Shown piece after piece: positions 32,208 to 43,008 of a stretch of 47,093 nt of DNA (within the stretch, counting starts at the first letter, position 1; each line of letters begins with the position of its first letter). The notes under the pieces were generated by a model that searched no databases, was not told where the DNA came from, and worked only from the letters and a program-made list of their open reading frames with translations. The translations under genes were made by a program, and so were the position numbers. The DNA is from Pachysolen tannophilus NRRL Y-2460 (lineage: Eukaryota), in the NCBI GenBank assembly GCA_001661245.1, contig KV454012.1, positions 1,363,811 to 1,410,903 on the forward strand. Reading direction: 5' to 3'.

Positions 32208-32558
32208 NNNNNNNNNNNNNNNNNNNNNNNNNNNNNNNNNNNNNNNNNNNNNNNNNNNNNNNNNNNNNNNNNNNNNNNNNNNNNNNNNNNNNNNNNNNNN
32301 NNNNNNNNNNNNNNNNNNNNNNNNNNNNNNNNNNNNNNNNNNNNNNNNNNNNNNNNNNNNNNNNNNNNNNNNNNNNNNNNNNNNNNNNNNNNNNNNNNNN
32401 NNNNNNNNNNNNNNNNNNNNNNNNNNNNNNNNNNNNNNNNNNNNNNNNNNNNNNNNNNNNNNNNNNNNNNNNNNNNNNNNNNNNNNNNNNNNNNNNNNNN
32501 NNNNNNNNNNNNNNNNNNNNNNNNNNNNNNNNNNNNNNNNNNNNNNNNNNNNNNNNNN
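32208..32558. other. Assembly gap (N run)
   Basis: N characters. Confidence 0.99.
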
Positions 32559-32592
32559 GCACATTATTATTATTATTACTATTATTACTATT

Positions 32593-32623
<31 letters not shown>

Positions 32624-32777
32624 CATTCCTGGAACTGCGTGTTATATATCAACGGATCTATCAACATTTGATGTGACGGCGAAGAAGATAAGTGAAATTT
32701 GTGATTGTGATTATGATTATCATCATCCTGATTATCAGACATGATAGCTCAACAAAAAAAAAAAAAAAAAAAAAAAA
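32559..32777. repeat. Exact copy of 31988-32206 across the gap (unmerged contig overlap)
   Basis: Identical sequence at offset 571, including the NDD1-like ATG (32171 = 32742). Confidence 0.9.
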
Positions 32778-32993
32778 ATAAACCAAAACCTTAATTAAAG
32801 CAAAATAATTTATCAATAGTCAATATTATGAATATGAAATATAAAATATAAATATAAATATATAAATATATAAATATACATATATATTATATTATATTAT
32901 ATTATATTTTATTTTATTATATAAACTTTATTAAGTATCTAATCTAATATAAATCTCTTAATGCGATAATATATATAAAACAGGTTTAAAAGA

Positions 32994-33018
32994 TTGTTTA
33001 TGTCCTTAGATTGTTTAC
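32994..33018 (-). promoter_or_regulatory. Two tandem forkhead motifs (ATAAACAA, GTAAACAA) upstream of the NDD1-like gene
   Basis: ttgtttat at 32994-33001 and ttgtttac at 33011-33018, about 250-275 bp upstream of the ATG copy at 32742. Confidence 0.5.
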
Positions 33019-33706
33019 CTTTTTTCTATTTTTCTTTTTTCTTTTGTTTTTTTTTTTAAAGTTAGGCGCAATCCGTGTCAATCCCGAATTGGCTTTGATG
33101 TGCACGACCAAAACAAAAAGAAAGAAAGTGAAAAAAAAAAATTTTTGTTTAATACCCGGTTTAAATTATGGGCAGAAAAATTTTTTTGGGGGAATGTTGG
33201 CGGAATGTTGGCGGAAGGTTTCTTTGGACAATTGCTATATATCCCTGCCTGTGGATTACAAGAAGAAGAAAAATATTATTATTATTATTATTATTATTGC
33301 TCTCAGTTCAAAATTATTCCGTAAGCTGTGCGCAGAGTCCGAAGAGTCTGCAGACTGGCTATAAATTTTTTGCTCCGCCTAATTTTAAGTTTTAGTAGCC
33401 ATAGAATCCGAAAAAAAAAATATATTATTCCCTGCTTTCACTTGCATGAACCTTAATTATTACAATATATATATTTAAAACGCGTATCTTTAGTACCATA
33501 AGTGTGGATAATTACCCAAGGTACCTTTGGGGTGTACCTTTGTGAAAGAACTTACAAAGTAAAAGAACTAAATTAGTATTAAAAAACAAAAAAATTCAAT
33601 TATTATATGCGGAAGGAGTGGGTTTTTAAAGTGGATGATGGGTTTCTATGTAACAAAATAGGTTTCATTCATTCATTCTTTTTTTTTTTTTTCTTTTTCC
33701 CTTTTT

Positions 33707-36475
33707 TCAGTTGAAAAGGTAATTTTCTGCCCATGGTAAGGGTCTTAATAGATGACCATCAAATTTATCTAAAATAGGTTTTAAATCCTTGTTAAAATCA
33801 TAATTTAAAGCTTGTTTTGGTTTTAATTTCTTTGGTTGTACTACTTTTCTAGCTTGTGTAATCAAACTTGTATAATTTTTACTTCTTTCATATTCTTTTT
33901 TTAACAGTTTATTTCTTTCTAAGCATTCTAAAGCTAATTCCAGATCAGACATTTCTTGATCCAAAATTTTACCAGATTTTCTATCCCATAAATTTGGACA
34001 TTGTTCATAATGAATCCACATATTAATATTTTCAAAAAATTTTGCAGAATTAAAATATTTAGCAGTTAATGGTGAATTGGAACGATATTCAATAAATAAA
34101 TTTGTAACCCAATTTGAAGGTACAAAAGTTGGAGAATTTTCAAAATATGTGGGTATTAAAGGTGATAATTCATCAAGATTATATGTATGATAATTCTTAC
34201 AATGAACATAATTTGAAAAAAGTTTTTTAGTTGGAGAATTTTCATGTAATGAATATTTTGTCTTTTTTGATTCAACAAATTTATCAATCAGTGTCTTTAT
34301 AGAATCTCTTATCCTATCAGAAAGTGATAAATCATATTTAAAATCTTTCTTACCATTGATAAATTTAGCAATATTTGTTGGTATCATCATCCGGAAACTA
34401 GCATAAATGTTTCTATCATCAAGAATTCTTCTTTGAATATCTACATCATATTGAGACCCAGTATGTACATCAGAAAGAGCAGTTATATCAATATAAATCC
34501 CAGTATTAGTATCAATTAATCTTGCATCAATTTGATTATCAATATTTTTTAAACTATTTCTATCAAAATAAGTTGGATTAACATCAAAAAGAAAACTTGA
34601 TAATCCTAATTCAGCTTTATTATCAAGTGATAAATTCTCCATTTCAAAATTTGGTTCATTTGTAAAATCATAAATTAATGTATTATTTAATATTTTTGAA
34701 AGTTTATGAAGTGATTGAATAGGTAATTGTAAATCTAAATCATAATCATATGGTAATGTTATTCCATTCCAATACCATCCAATTAATGGCCCATGACTTA
34801 ACCAAGTTGGCACATCAAACAGCTTACATAACCTAAACCAAACTCGAGCTAAACGATGCATTGTAGCTAAATGTAACAGCTTATTATCTCTAAAAGTATA
34901 TTCGTTGAAAAATCTCCAATCGTAATGATCTAAATTTTCTCCTTTAACACTAGGAATACCATAATATCTAGGTTCTCCAAAATCTGGATTTAAAATCTTT
35001 TCACCATACTCTTTTAAATGTTTAAGTTGAGTAGTATTATCATTTCCTCCTGCGCTTGAAATTTCATAATCTAATTCTGCTAACTCTAAAGGTAAATGCC
35101 ATTTAAAATCTTTTGGATCAAGATAAACTGGAGTAGTATTTACTGTTGTATCAATTTTATTACCAATAAGTAATGGTTTATCTATCCTATAAGTTGGAAC
35201 AAAATTTTTTTCAATATTTTTGATTTCAAGTTTTTCTAAATTTTTATTTAATTGTAAAATTTCTCTATAAGTTGAAATACCATTTAATAAGACATCTTTT
35301 TTCGAAATTTCAGGATCTTGTTTTGTTTTACTTTTAATATAATTTGAAGAAAGTTTTGAATAATAACTTTTTAATGGATTTTTCTTCAATTTTGTTAAAT
35401 CATTTTTCCCATTTGATACATATTGTAAAGGTACAACTAGACTTCCACTTAATTCATTTAAAGATTCATTTTCATTTGAAATTGCACCTAAAAACATGAC
35501 ATTATCTGGTATTGGAGAACGATCTAAAGCATAAATCATAGCATGTAATTGTCTCCATTGAACATCAGATATATAATTATCAATTTTTTTAATTAAACCT
35601 ATAGGTAGTCCATATTCACTTTTTTGAGCTTTTTCACAATATTTATCAAAATCATTTGGTTGCTCATTTGGAGCTAAATTTTTTAAAGCATCACAATTAA
35701 AAGAAGAACTAATTAAATTTTTAAAATATTTATTTTTTTGAATATTTGTTGAGACATCTAATAATAAATCCCAATTAAATGGTAATTTAAAACTTTCTGG
35801 TAAAATTTTTGAAGCATCTAATGTACCATCTTTTATTGCAAGATTATTATTGATCAAATCCAACCAAAATGCTGGTAATAATCTTTTATCAAATTGTTTA
35901 AAATTTTTGGAATCTTTAACATATTTTTCCTCTTCCATAGATGAATATAAATCTGTTGAAAAAAAAGATCTTACTCTACGATACTTGGGACTATCATAAA
36001 AAAAATTTTTTGACTGATGCTCACCAATATATTTCTCAAATTCATCTTCAATTATCACTTGTTCTGAATCCTCTGTTTTTGGTTCTTCCGTTATAGCGCT
36101 ACTAACACTTGCAACAATTTTGGTACTAGTTGCCTTTTCCTGATTCTTTCCATTCTTTTCATTTTCTTTATTCTCAGTTTTAGTACCACTTCCACTGCCG
36201 CTGTTGCTGCCGCTGCTTCCACTACCGTTATCACCGAATCCAACTTTTAAATTTGCAAATAAAGAGTGTCTATCTTTTACTTCATATTTTTCCGAAATCA
36301 CATCGTAAAATGAAGCAGCATCTATGTCCATAGCAATAGATACAATTATACAACATCCAATAATAACAGCCGCTACCAGAAGTTTAACAAATTTAAAAGG
36401 TGGTTTCTTATTCATCTGGTAGTTGAAAGAGTTATTAAGAGAAGGCATTTTCAAGTTAACAAACCACATTTTCAT
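33707..36475 (-). CDS. Mnn4/Mnn14-like LicD/fukutin-family mannosylphosphate transferase, type II Golgi membrane protein (DxD intact)
   Basis: N-terminal TM; HYDWRFF, WLSHGPLIGWYWNG, PYDYDLDLQ, IDARLID..TGIYIDIT, ELSPL..T.FE; start ATG uncertain (36475, 36469, 36448 or 36415). Confidence 0.88.
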   Translation of the reverse strand: MKMWFVNLKMPSLNNSFNYQMNKKPPFKFVKLLVAAVIIGCCIIVSIAMDIDAASFYDVISEKYEVKDRHSLFANLKVGFGDNGSGSSGSNSGSGSGTKTENKENEKNGKNQEKATSTKIVASVSSAITEEPKTEDSEQVIIEDEFEKYIGEHQSKNFFYDSPKYRRVRSFFSTDLYSSMEEEKYVKDSKNFKQFDKRLLPAFWLDLINNNLAIKDGTLDASKILPESFKLPFNWDLLLDVSTNIQKNKYFKNLISSSFNCDALKNLAPNEQPNDFDKYCEKAQKSEYGLPIGLIKKIDNYISDVQWRQLHAMIYALDRSPIPDNVMFLGAISNENESLNELSGSLVVPLQYVSNGKNDLTKLKKNPLKSYYSKLSSNYIKSKTKQDPEISKKDVLLNGISTYREILQLNKNLEKLEIKNIEKNFVPTYRIDKPLLIGNKIDTTVNTTPVYLDPKDFKWHLPLELAELDYEISSAGGNDNTTQLKHLKEYGEKILNPDFGEPRYYGIPSVKGENLDHYDWRFFNEYTFRDNKLLHLATMHRLARVWFRLCKLFDVPTWLSHGPLIGWYWNGITLPYDYDLDLQLPIQSLHKLSKILNNTLIYDFTNEPNFEMENLSLDNKAELGLSSFLFDVNPTYFDRNSLKNIDNQIDARLIDTNTGIYIDITALSDVHTGSQYDVDIQRRILDDRNIYASFRMMIPTNIAKFINGKKDFKYDLSLSDRIRDSIKTLIDKFVESKKTKYSLHENSPTKKLFSNYVHCKNYHTYNLDELSPLIPTYFENSPTFVPSNWVTNLFIEYRSNSPLTAKYFNSAKFFENINMWIHYEQCPNLWDRKSGKILDQEMSDLELALECLERNKLLKKEYERSKNYTSLITQARKVVQPKKLKPKQALNYDFNKDLKPILDKFDGHLLRPLPWAENYLFN

Positions 36476-37286
36476 CAAAAAAAAAAAAATGTAAAAAATT
36501 AAGCAACTGTTACTTTTCGTTTTCTTTCTATATCATATATATATACATGAAAGCTAAATAAACCTGTTGTTAAAGCCTTCGCTTACGTATTTAAAGTAAA
36601 CTAAAACAAAGAAGAAAAGCAAGAAAAAAAAAATAAAAAGACAACTATATATAAGAACTGATTTAATTATTTTAAATAAATAGGTATTACTAAATTTTTT
36701 TTTTCCTTTTAATAGCTTTAAATACCATTTTCTAACCTTGCTTGAATTTTTCTTTTAAATATAAGCATTTTTCATATAGCAAACGGAATAGCAGCCAATA
36801 TTTATGCCCTTACTTTTTTTTTTTTTTTAAAGATAATGCAGGTTTCTATTAAACTTTTAAAAGAAGTACTGAAAAATAAAAAAAATATTGTGAGAAGACT
36901 ACTAAACAAAAGAGGACAGAGGTCACGAGTATGAAGTTTTTGGGTAGTGAAACACACGACTTTAACCTATATTGGAAATTAAAAAATTAAATAAAATTGA
37001 TAAGCCACTTTTACTTTATTTTATTTAAAAAAAAAGCATTTTTTAAAGTTTGCGGCGTATTATTAATTGTCGAGTCGAGGTGAAAGTTTCGAGGGTTTGT
37101 GCCCGAAGCTACAAAAAGTCAAAAAGTCAAAAAGTAAAAAAAAATAAGTTGAAAATTTCCTAATGTGGTAATAATTAATATTATACGTAATAAAGAAAAT
37201 AAAATAAAGAAAATACAAACGCTGAGATTATTATCAATTACATCATATATGGAAAAATTAAGCCTAAACTGAGTTTTTTTAACTAT

Positions 37287-37332
37287 TAAGACTAAGAATA
37301 AGACTAGGGCTAAGACTAAGAATAAGGCTAAG
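37287..37332. repeat. Degenerate hexamer tandem repeat (TAAGAC/TAAGAA/TAAGGC)
   Basis: taagactaagaataagactagggctaagactaagaataaggctaag just 3' of the second LicD gene. Confidence 0.7.
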
Positions 37333-37385
37333 TAAAGTGAAATAAATAAGTTTGTGAGAAATATACAGCGGTTTTCAGTGTATTG

Positions 37386-39827
37386 TTAAAACAAGTTTTC
37401 TTCTACCCAGGGTGACAGTCTTAGTATAGTTCCTGTGAATTGATCCAAGATTGGTTTTAATTTTTTAAAATCGTATTTTAATACGCCATTTTGATGTAAA
37501 TCTTTTGGTTCAATCATATCTCTGAAAAATCCATGTTGTATTGCGTAGTCATATATTTTCTCGTGTTCTTTATTTACATCATCAGCGGTTTCCTTACACC
37601 TCAGACTTAATTCAATTGTATCTTTAAATACATCATTATTGTTTCTTAAATCGGGGCAATCACTAAATGGTATCCACATTTTAAATTTTTCGAAAAAAGC
37701 TCCTTTATCTGTTATAGGATCTAATGTAGGTCCATGTTCAATTAATAAATTTCTATACCAATTTGAAGGTAAATACAGAATTGAATTTTCGAAAAAAGTT
37801 GGTATTAAATGTGATAATTCTTTAATATTATATGTATAATAATTTTTTGAATATATAAATTCACCAAATAAATTAAAAGTTGGTGATTTTTCCATTTCAT
37901 ATGATTCTTTATTACGAGAATATTTTGATTGAAATTTTTCAATTTTAGAAATAATTAAATCTCTCATTGAATCACATTGATCAATATCAATGAAAAATTC
38001 ACCATCTTCATTGAAAAAATTATCTAAATATATTGATGACATAATTCTAAAACTCAGTGCTGGATCTTGTAAAAGAATTTTTTTTTCAATTTCTAATTCA
38101 TTTAATGTCTCTGATTGAAATTTTGTTAATGCCATAATTTCTATAAACATACCTGTTGTTGTATCAATTAATTTTGCATCAATTAAATTTTCATTATTTT
38201 TTAAACTATTTCTTTCAAAATACATTGGATTTATATCAAGATAATAACTTGATATACCTAATTCTGCTTTATTATCAAGATGAAATTCTTTATCTTCGAA
38301 AAAAGGTTCATTTGTAAAATCATAAATTAATGTATTATTTAAAATTTTTGCTAAATTATGTAATGATTGAATTGGTATTTGAAATTCTAGTTTATTTTCA
38401 TAAGGTAATGTTAATCCATTCCAATACCATCCAACTAATGCATCATTATTCAACCATGTGGGTACATCAAATTGTTGACATAATCTAAACCAAACTCTAG
38501 CCAATTTATGTAATGTTGAAAGACGTAAAGATTTATTATTTTCTTTATAGATATTCAGATCAAAAAATCTCCAATCATAATCATCTGTTTTTTGTCCTTC
38601 TATAGCAGCATTACCAAAATATTTGATTTCATCATAATATTTATCACTCAATAATTTTTCAGCATGATTCTTTAAAAAAGTTATTTGAGTAATATCATCT
38701 TCATCAGAAGCTAATTTTATTTCATTTTGTAAATTTTTTAAAACTTTTGGTAAATACCAAGAAAATAAATCTTGATTAATATCAATTGGATCTCCCAGTT
38801 TTAATTTAATTTGTTCACCAATCACCATGGGTTGTTTAGTTTTATAAATTGGTAATTGTTTTGTTCTATATTTTTCTAAATCAATATTAGAAAGCTGCTC
38901 ATTTAATTGTGTTAATTCATGATAAACAGATATCCCATTCAATAAGACATCTTTTTTCGATAAACCATATTTTTGAACTCTATCTTGGATAAATACATCT
39001 GAAAATTGTTGATATATTGTTTTTAAAGGATTTTGTAAATCTGCTAGGTTATTTTCTCCATTAGAAATTTTTTGTAAAGGTACTAATAAACCTTTATTTT
39101 TTTTCCTATTTAAAGCACCTAAAAACAACACATTTTGAGGCAGTGGGAAATCAAGTAAATTATAAATTCTTGCATGGAAATGTCTCCAATCAATATCACT
39201 CAAAGGTTGATCAATTTTCTTTAAAACCCTTATTGAAAGTCCATAATCATTATCAGAGGAAGGATATACAATATCTTTACAATAATCTCCAATAAAATTT
39301 GATGGCTGGTTTTTTGGTGATAAATCTTTAAATGCACCACAAGTACCTTTATTTAAAACAATTGGTTCAAAATATTTCGAATTGAAAAGTGTTGGAGATA
39401 TGTTCATTAATAAATCCCAATTAAATGGTAATACAAAATCTTTTGGTAAAATGCTTGGATTTGGTACATCTGTAGATGTTAAATTCAAATTACTATTAAT
39501 TAAATAAAGCCAAATTGCAGGTAATAATCTTTTATCAAATTTCTTCCATGATTTTGAATTTTTCAATGCTTCATCTTCTTCTATTTCCTTATATGACAGT
39601 ACATCCAAAAAAGATCTTATCCTTAAATATTTCTCATTATTATAATAAATTTCATTTTTAACATTTATCTCTTTAATATAACTTTGAAATTCAATATTAT
39701 TTAATGTTGGCTTTATTTCTAAATTTTGAGTAGAAAAAAAATAATATCCAGTTACAAAAATTATGAATAGTATTAAAAATCTTAAAATTCTTGAATATTT
39801 CTTCTTCATTATTAAAACATTTAGCAT
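37386..39827 (-). CDS. Second Mnn4/LicD-family paralogue with degenerate catalytic motifs
   Basis: N-terminal TM; colinear with its neighbour (FDKRLLPA, LPFNWDLL, YDWRFF, LARVWFRLC, ILNNTLIYDFTNEP) but WLNNDA and PYENKLEFQ replace WLSHGP and PYDYDLDLQ. Confidence 0.87.
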   Translation of the reverse strand: MLNVLIMKKKYSRILRFLILFIIFVTGYYFFSTQNLEIKPTLNNIEFQSYIKEINVKNEIYYNNEKYLRIRSFLDVLSYKEIEEDEALKNSKSWKKFDKRLLPAIWLYLINSNLNLTSTDVPNPSILPKDFVLPFNWDLLMNISPTLFNSKYFEPIVLNKGTCGAFKDLSPKNQPSNFIGDYCKDIVYPSSDNDYGLSIRVLKKIDQPLSDIDWRHFHARIYNLLDFPLPQNVLFLGALNRKKNKGLLVPLQKISNGENNLADLQNPLKTIYQQFSDVFIQDRVQKYGLSKKDVLLNGISVYHELTQLNEQLSNIDLEKYRTKQLPIYKTKQPMVIGEQIKLKLGDPIDINQDLFSWYLPKVLKNLQNEIKLASDEDDITQITFLKNHAEKLLSDKYYDEIKYFGNAAIEGQKTDDYDWRFFDLNIYKENNKSLRLSTLHKLARVWFRLCQQFDVPTWLNNDALVGWYWNGLTLPYENKLEFQIPIQSLHNLAKILNNTLIYDFTNEPFFEDKEFHLDNKAELGISSYYLDINPMYFERNSLKNNENLIDAKLIDTTTGMFIEIMALTKFQSETLNELEIEKKILLQDPALSFRIMSSIYLDNFFNEDGEFFIDIDQCDSMRDLIISKIEKFQSKYSRNKESYEMEKSPTFNLFGEFIYSKNYYTYNIKELSHLIPTFFENSILYLPSNWYRNLLIEHGPTLDPITDKGAFFEKFKMWIPFSDCPDLRNNNDVFKDTIELSLRCKETADDVNKEHEKIYDYAIQHGFFRDMIEPKDLHQNGVLKYDFKKLKPILDQFTGTILRLSPWVEENLF

Positions 39828-41572
39828 TGCTACATGGATATTGTAACAGCTATAATCGAAAAAGAAAAAAAATAAAAAAAAAAAAAAAAAGATCAGAAAT
39901 CCAAACGAAAAATCCTACTAATATATGAAAATAATTATCAAATTTAGAAACTTCAAATATTTAATCTGTTATCCAGATATCAACCCGAAAATTTCAGTTT
40001 TATAGCTGGCTGGATCTAGAAAGGAAAAAAAATAACTAGTAATTAATATATAGTGGTAACTTTCCGGACGACTTTAACACTTTCTCGCTATTTTCATACA
40101 AGTACACTAAACGAAACTTGAATCAGTAAAGAAGGCGACTATTTCTTTCAATCAAAATTTTAGTTAAAAAATGATTTCATTAAAAAAATTATTTTCTGTA
40201 GCTGATTTCTCCAATTAAAATAAAAAAAAAAAAAGAAAAAAATAAAAAGAAATACTATACTTCAATTTGGTTCACCGCTAACTATTTAATAATCATTTTA
40301 AAGTGAAATTTTTTGTATATGCATGATGTATGCATGTGACATGTATATTTATGCATTAAAACAACGTAGTTTATAACTTTAAAAAAAAATTAATAAATGG
40401 ATATTAAAGATTACTATGGCAACATATAGTTAACCCATAATAAAATGTTTATGTCCTCATCCTCCCCTTTTTTCCGTTGTCTTGTTTGATTTCATTTTTT
40501 AGAAATTCGTCAATAATCACAGTTGCGATAAGGAAGAAATCTTTATTGGCTTAGCTGCCAGTTGATTACTGATCCAAATAAGAGAGATAAAGTTTTTTAG
40601 TTCTCGAACATTGTAATTATTGTTTCAATTACAATTTTTTTTTATGTATGCTGTAAATGTTATGTGGTTAGGATATAGGTTGTAAAATATTTTCTAATGG
40701 ATGGAAGGAATTTGTAAATTAAAGTAACTTTTTTTTTTTCTTTCTTTATTTCTTTTTCCGGTTAATAAACTTAACCGACATATTCTTAAGGTACCAAAAA
40801 AATGACCAATTCTTCTAGACTAGAGTGGTGGTTGTAGATCGTGATATCATATGGAGAATCTTGCAAAAAAAAAAAAAAAAAATTATCATTTTTCTTTTAG
40901 GAAGCGAAAGACATTGATTGCGCAACAAATTTTTCTTTTCTTTAACAAACAGTAAAGACCTATCTAATGCTAAATCTTTTTTTTTTTTTTTTTTTTGAGT
41001 TTTACGTTTCCAATCTGGATTATTCAACTGAATCAAAGAAAGTTTTGAATGTTTATTTTAGCAGCTTTAATAGTGGCTTAACTATTGTTAAACAAGTAAG
41101 TGAAAATTTTGAAGAATAGAATAGAATATTCCTGGTAGCAAATAGATCTTATACTGCAAAGAAATTTTTTTTTTTTTTTTTTATTTTTTTTTAACGATTT
41201 ACAAGGTTAATTGGATTTACATTATACGTCCATCATTCAGCTTATTTCGTGACCCAAATCTTGTTTTATTATTTAAAAATATTAAAAATAAAATGTCTTT
41301 GTTGTGGTGGTGTAGTACGTACCGTCACCACTGCCAAGTAGAAAGCAAAAAAGAAAGGAGCCGCATATTACCTTCACATATGCAGATCATTTAGCTTTAT
41401 TTAAACATTGCAGTAATTACGACCAATTCTAGTGTTATCAGTTGCTTACTTATTCCACGTTTTTTATTTTTAATTCTATTTCATTTGGTTCCAGATTTCT
41501 TGTATTGTATATTTAACAGAGTAATATTTACAAAACTAATAGTAATATATGTATGTCTGTATATAGTTTTCA

Positions 41573-42646
41573 TTATAAAATAGCTGCATCATGAATACAT
41601 TTAATATTTGCCGGAGTTATTCTACAACAACCACCGATAATTTTAGCACCATTCAGGACCCATTGTTTGGTTAAATATCTTAAAATTTCATTATAATCAT
41701 TTTTATCTTCAATTTTTGCTTCTTTCACGAAATCATCTAATAATGGATCTTTGGAATGATCTCTTCCAGATTTATTATAAACTTCTCCACTATTTGGATA
41801 AACAATAATAGGTAGATGCAATTTATTGTTAAATTTATTGAGGTATTCGACTGTCTTATGTGAAAATAATAATGGACTACAATTTGTTCCAATTGCAATT
41901 ATATGTTCTTTTTCTGATTGAGTTACTTTATCTGATGATAAATAATTTAAAATCTCATCAATTTTAGTACCATCAGCTAAAGTATTATAATTTTTAAAAC
42001 TTAAAGACAAAGAATAATATTTATCTTTTAATTTCAAATCTTTAACCAATTTATCAAATAATTGAACAATAGCTTTAATTTCTTCAAAATTGGGTATAGT
42101 TTCAAAAGCAATAAAGTTTATCTCATCGGATAATAACAAAATTTTCAATCTAAGATAATGGAAATCTTTCAAGATTTCAATACTAACATTTTTATAATCT
42201 CCTGTATATTCCGATCTATCTGCTTTATAAGCTCCATATGGTCCACAAGAACCTGCAATTAAAGGCTTAATTCTTCTATTATTTTCAAATAATTTTGGAT
42301 TTTCTTTTATAAATTCTTCTCTAGCTTCAAAAGAAATTTTATTGCTTTTACTAAAAACATCAATACAATCATTTTCTGTCATTATATTCAAGTGTTTCCC
42401 ATGCTCCAATAAACCAATGGCTGATGTTTGATAACTACAAGTTATAATAATATCTGCACCATTTTTCATGAAATCTTTCTGAATTTCTTTTATAATATCT
42501 GGGTGGTTAATTATAGCAATAGTTGACCATAAAGGATCATTCAAATCATCATCGTAACCTCTATCTTCAATTTCTGATCCTAAACCTCCATCCAAAATTA
42601 ATGGTTTAGTGGAACTTGATAAAATTTCTTTAATTGTTAATGTCAT
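41573..42646 (-). CDS. SAM4: Homocysteine S-methyltransferase (Sam4/Mht1 family)
   Basis: ILDGGLGSE, PLWS, GPYGAY.AD.SEYTG.Y, FETIPN, GTNC, YPNSGE, IIGGCC zinc ligands; SAM4 versus MHT1 cannot be resolved. Confidence 0.9.
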   Translation of the reverse strand: MTLTIKEILSSSTKPLILDGGLGSEIEDRGYDDDLNDPLWSTIAIINHPDIIKEIQKDFMKNGADIIITCSYQTSAIGLLEHGKHLNIMTENDCIDVFSKSNKISFEAREEFIKENPKLFENNRRIKPLIAGSCGPYGAYKADRSEYTGDYKNVSIEILKDFHYLRLKILLLSDEINFIAFETIPNFEEIKAIVQLFDKLVKDLKLKDKYYSLSLSFKNYNTLADGTKIDEILNYLSSDKVTQSEKEHIIAIGTNCSPLLFSHKTVEYLNKFNNKLHLPIIVYPNSGEVYNKSGRDHSKDPLLDDFVKEAKIEDKNDYNEILRYLTKQWVLNGAKIIGGCCRITPANIKCIHDAAIL

Positions 42647-43008
42647 ATCTAATTAGTACGGTTATATTAAATAATTATTAAAGTTTTCACAATTTTAATC
42701 ATACAAATACAAATATACAACTGAAAAGTAAGATGAATAAAAAACCCAAGACAATATCACCAATATAATTAACTCTTTATATTAATCATGATAGATAAAT
42801 CATCAATCAATCACCTTGTGGTTCCTATATCACCTCATAATTGCCGCCCCTCTTGCCCCTTTAAGGAATTTGTGGGGAGATATAAATGTACAACAAGAAG
42901 GTTTCAGCAGAGCAATGTGGTTACAGAAAATATATACGTTTTAAATCAATGTTTTAAATCAATGTTTTCAATTACTTTTCTATTAATTTTAATGTTCTAC
43001 AAACTTTC

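Noticed and set aside
31988..32777. Apparent tandem duplication of the NDD1-like 5' end (second ORF 32164-32742)
   Set aside because: An identical ~220-bp copy on either side of an N gap, bounded by an (ATT)n repeat and poly-A, is typical of an unmerged contig overlap; long reads or PCR would confirm
33011..33395. Three overlapping short ORFs
   Set aside because: Driven by homopolymers and (TAT)n repeats in a promoter region; no recognisable domain
37287..37332. Hexamer repeats as telomeric or CRISPR-like array
   Set aside because: Short degenerate microsatellite without spacers, in a eukaryotic interstitial context
41295..41370. Possible tRNA (TGGTGTAGT A-box-like sequence)
   Set aside because: No B box (GTTCGA) and no cloverleaf
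42647..43008. Met31/Cbf1 sites in the SAM4 promoter and ORF 42788-43069
   Set aside because: Only partial TGTGG matches, with no AAACTGTGG or TCACGTG; the ORF has no recognisable features and overlaps the DRS2 3' end in antisense
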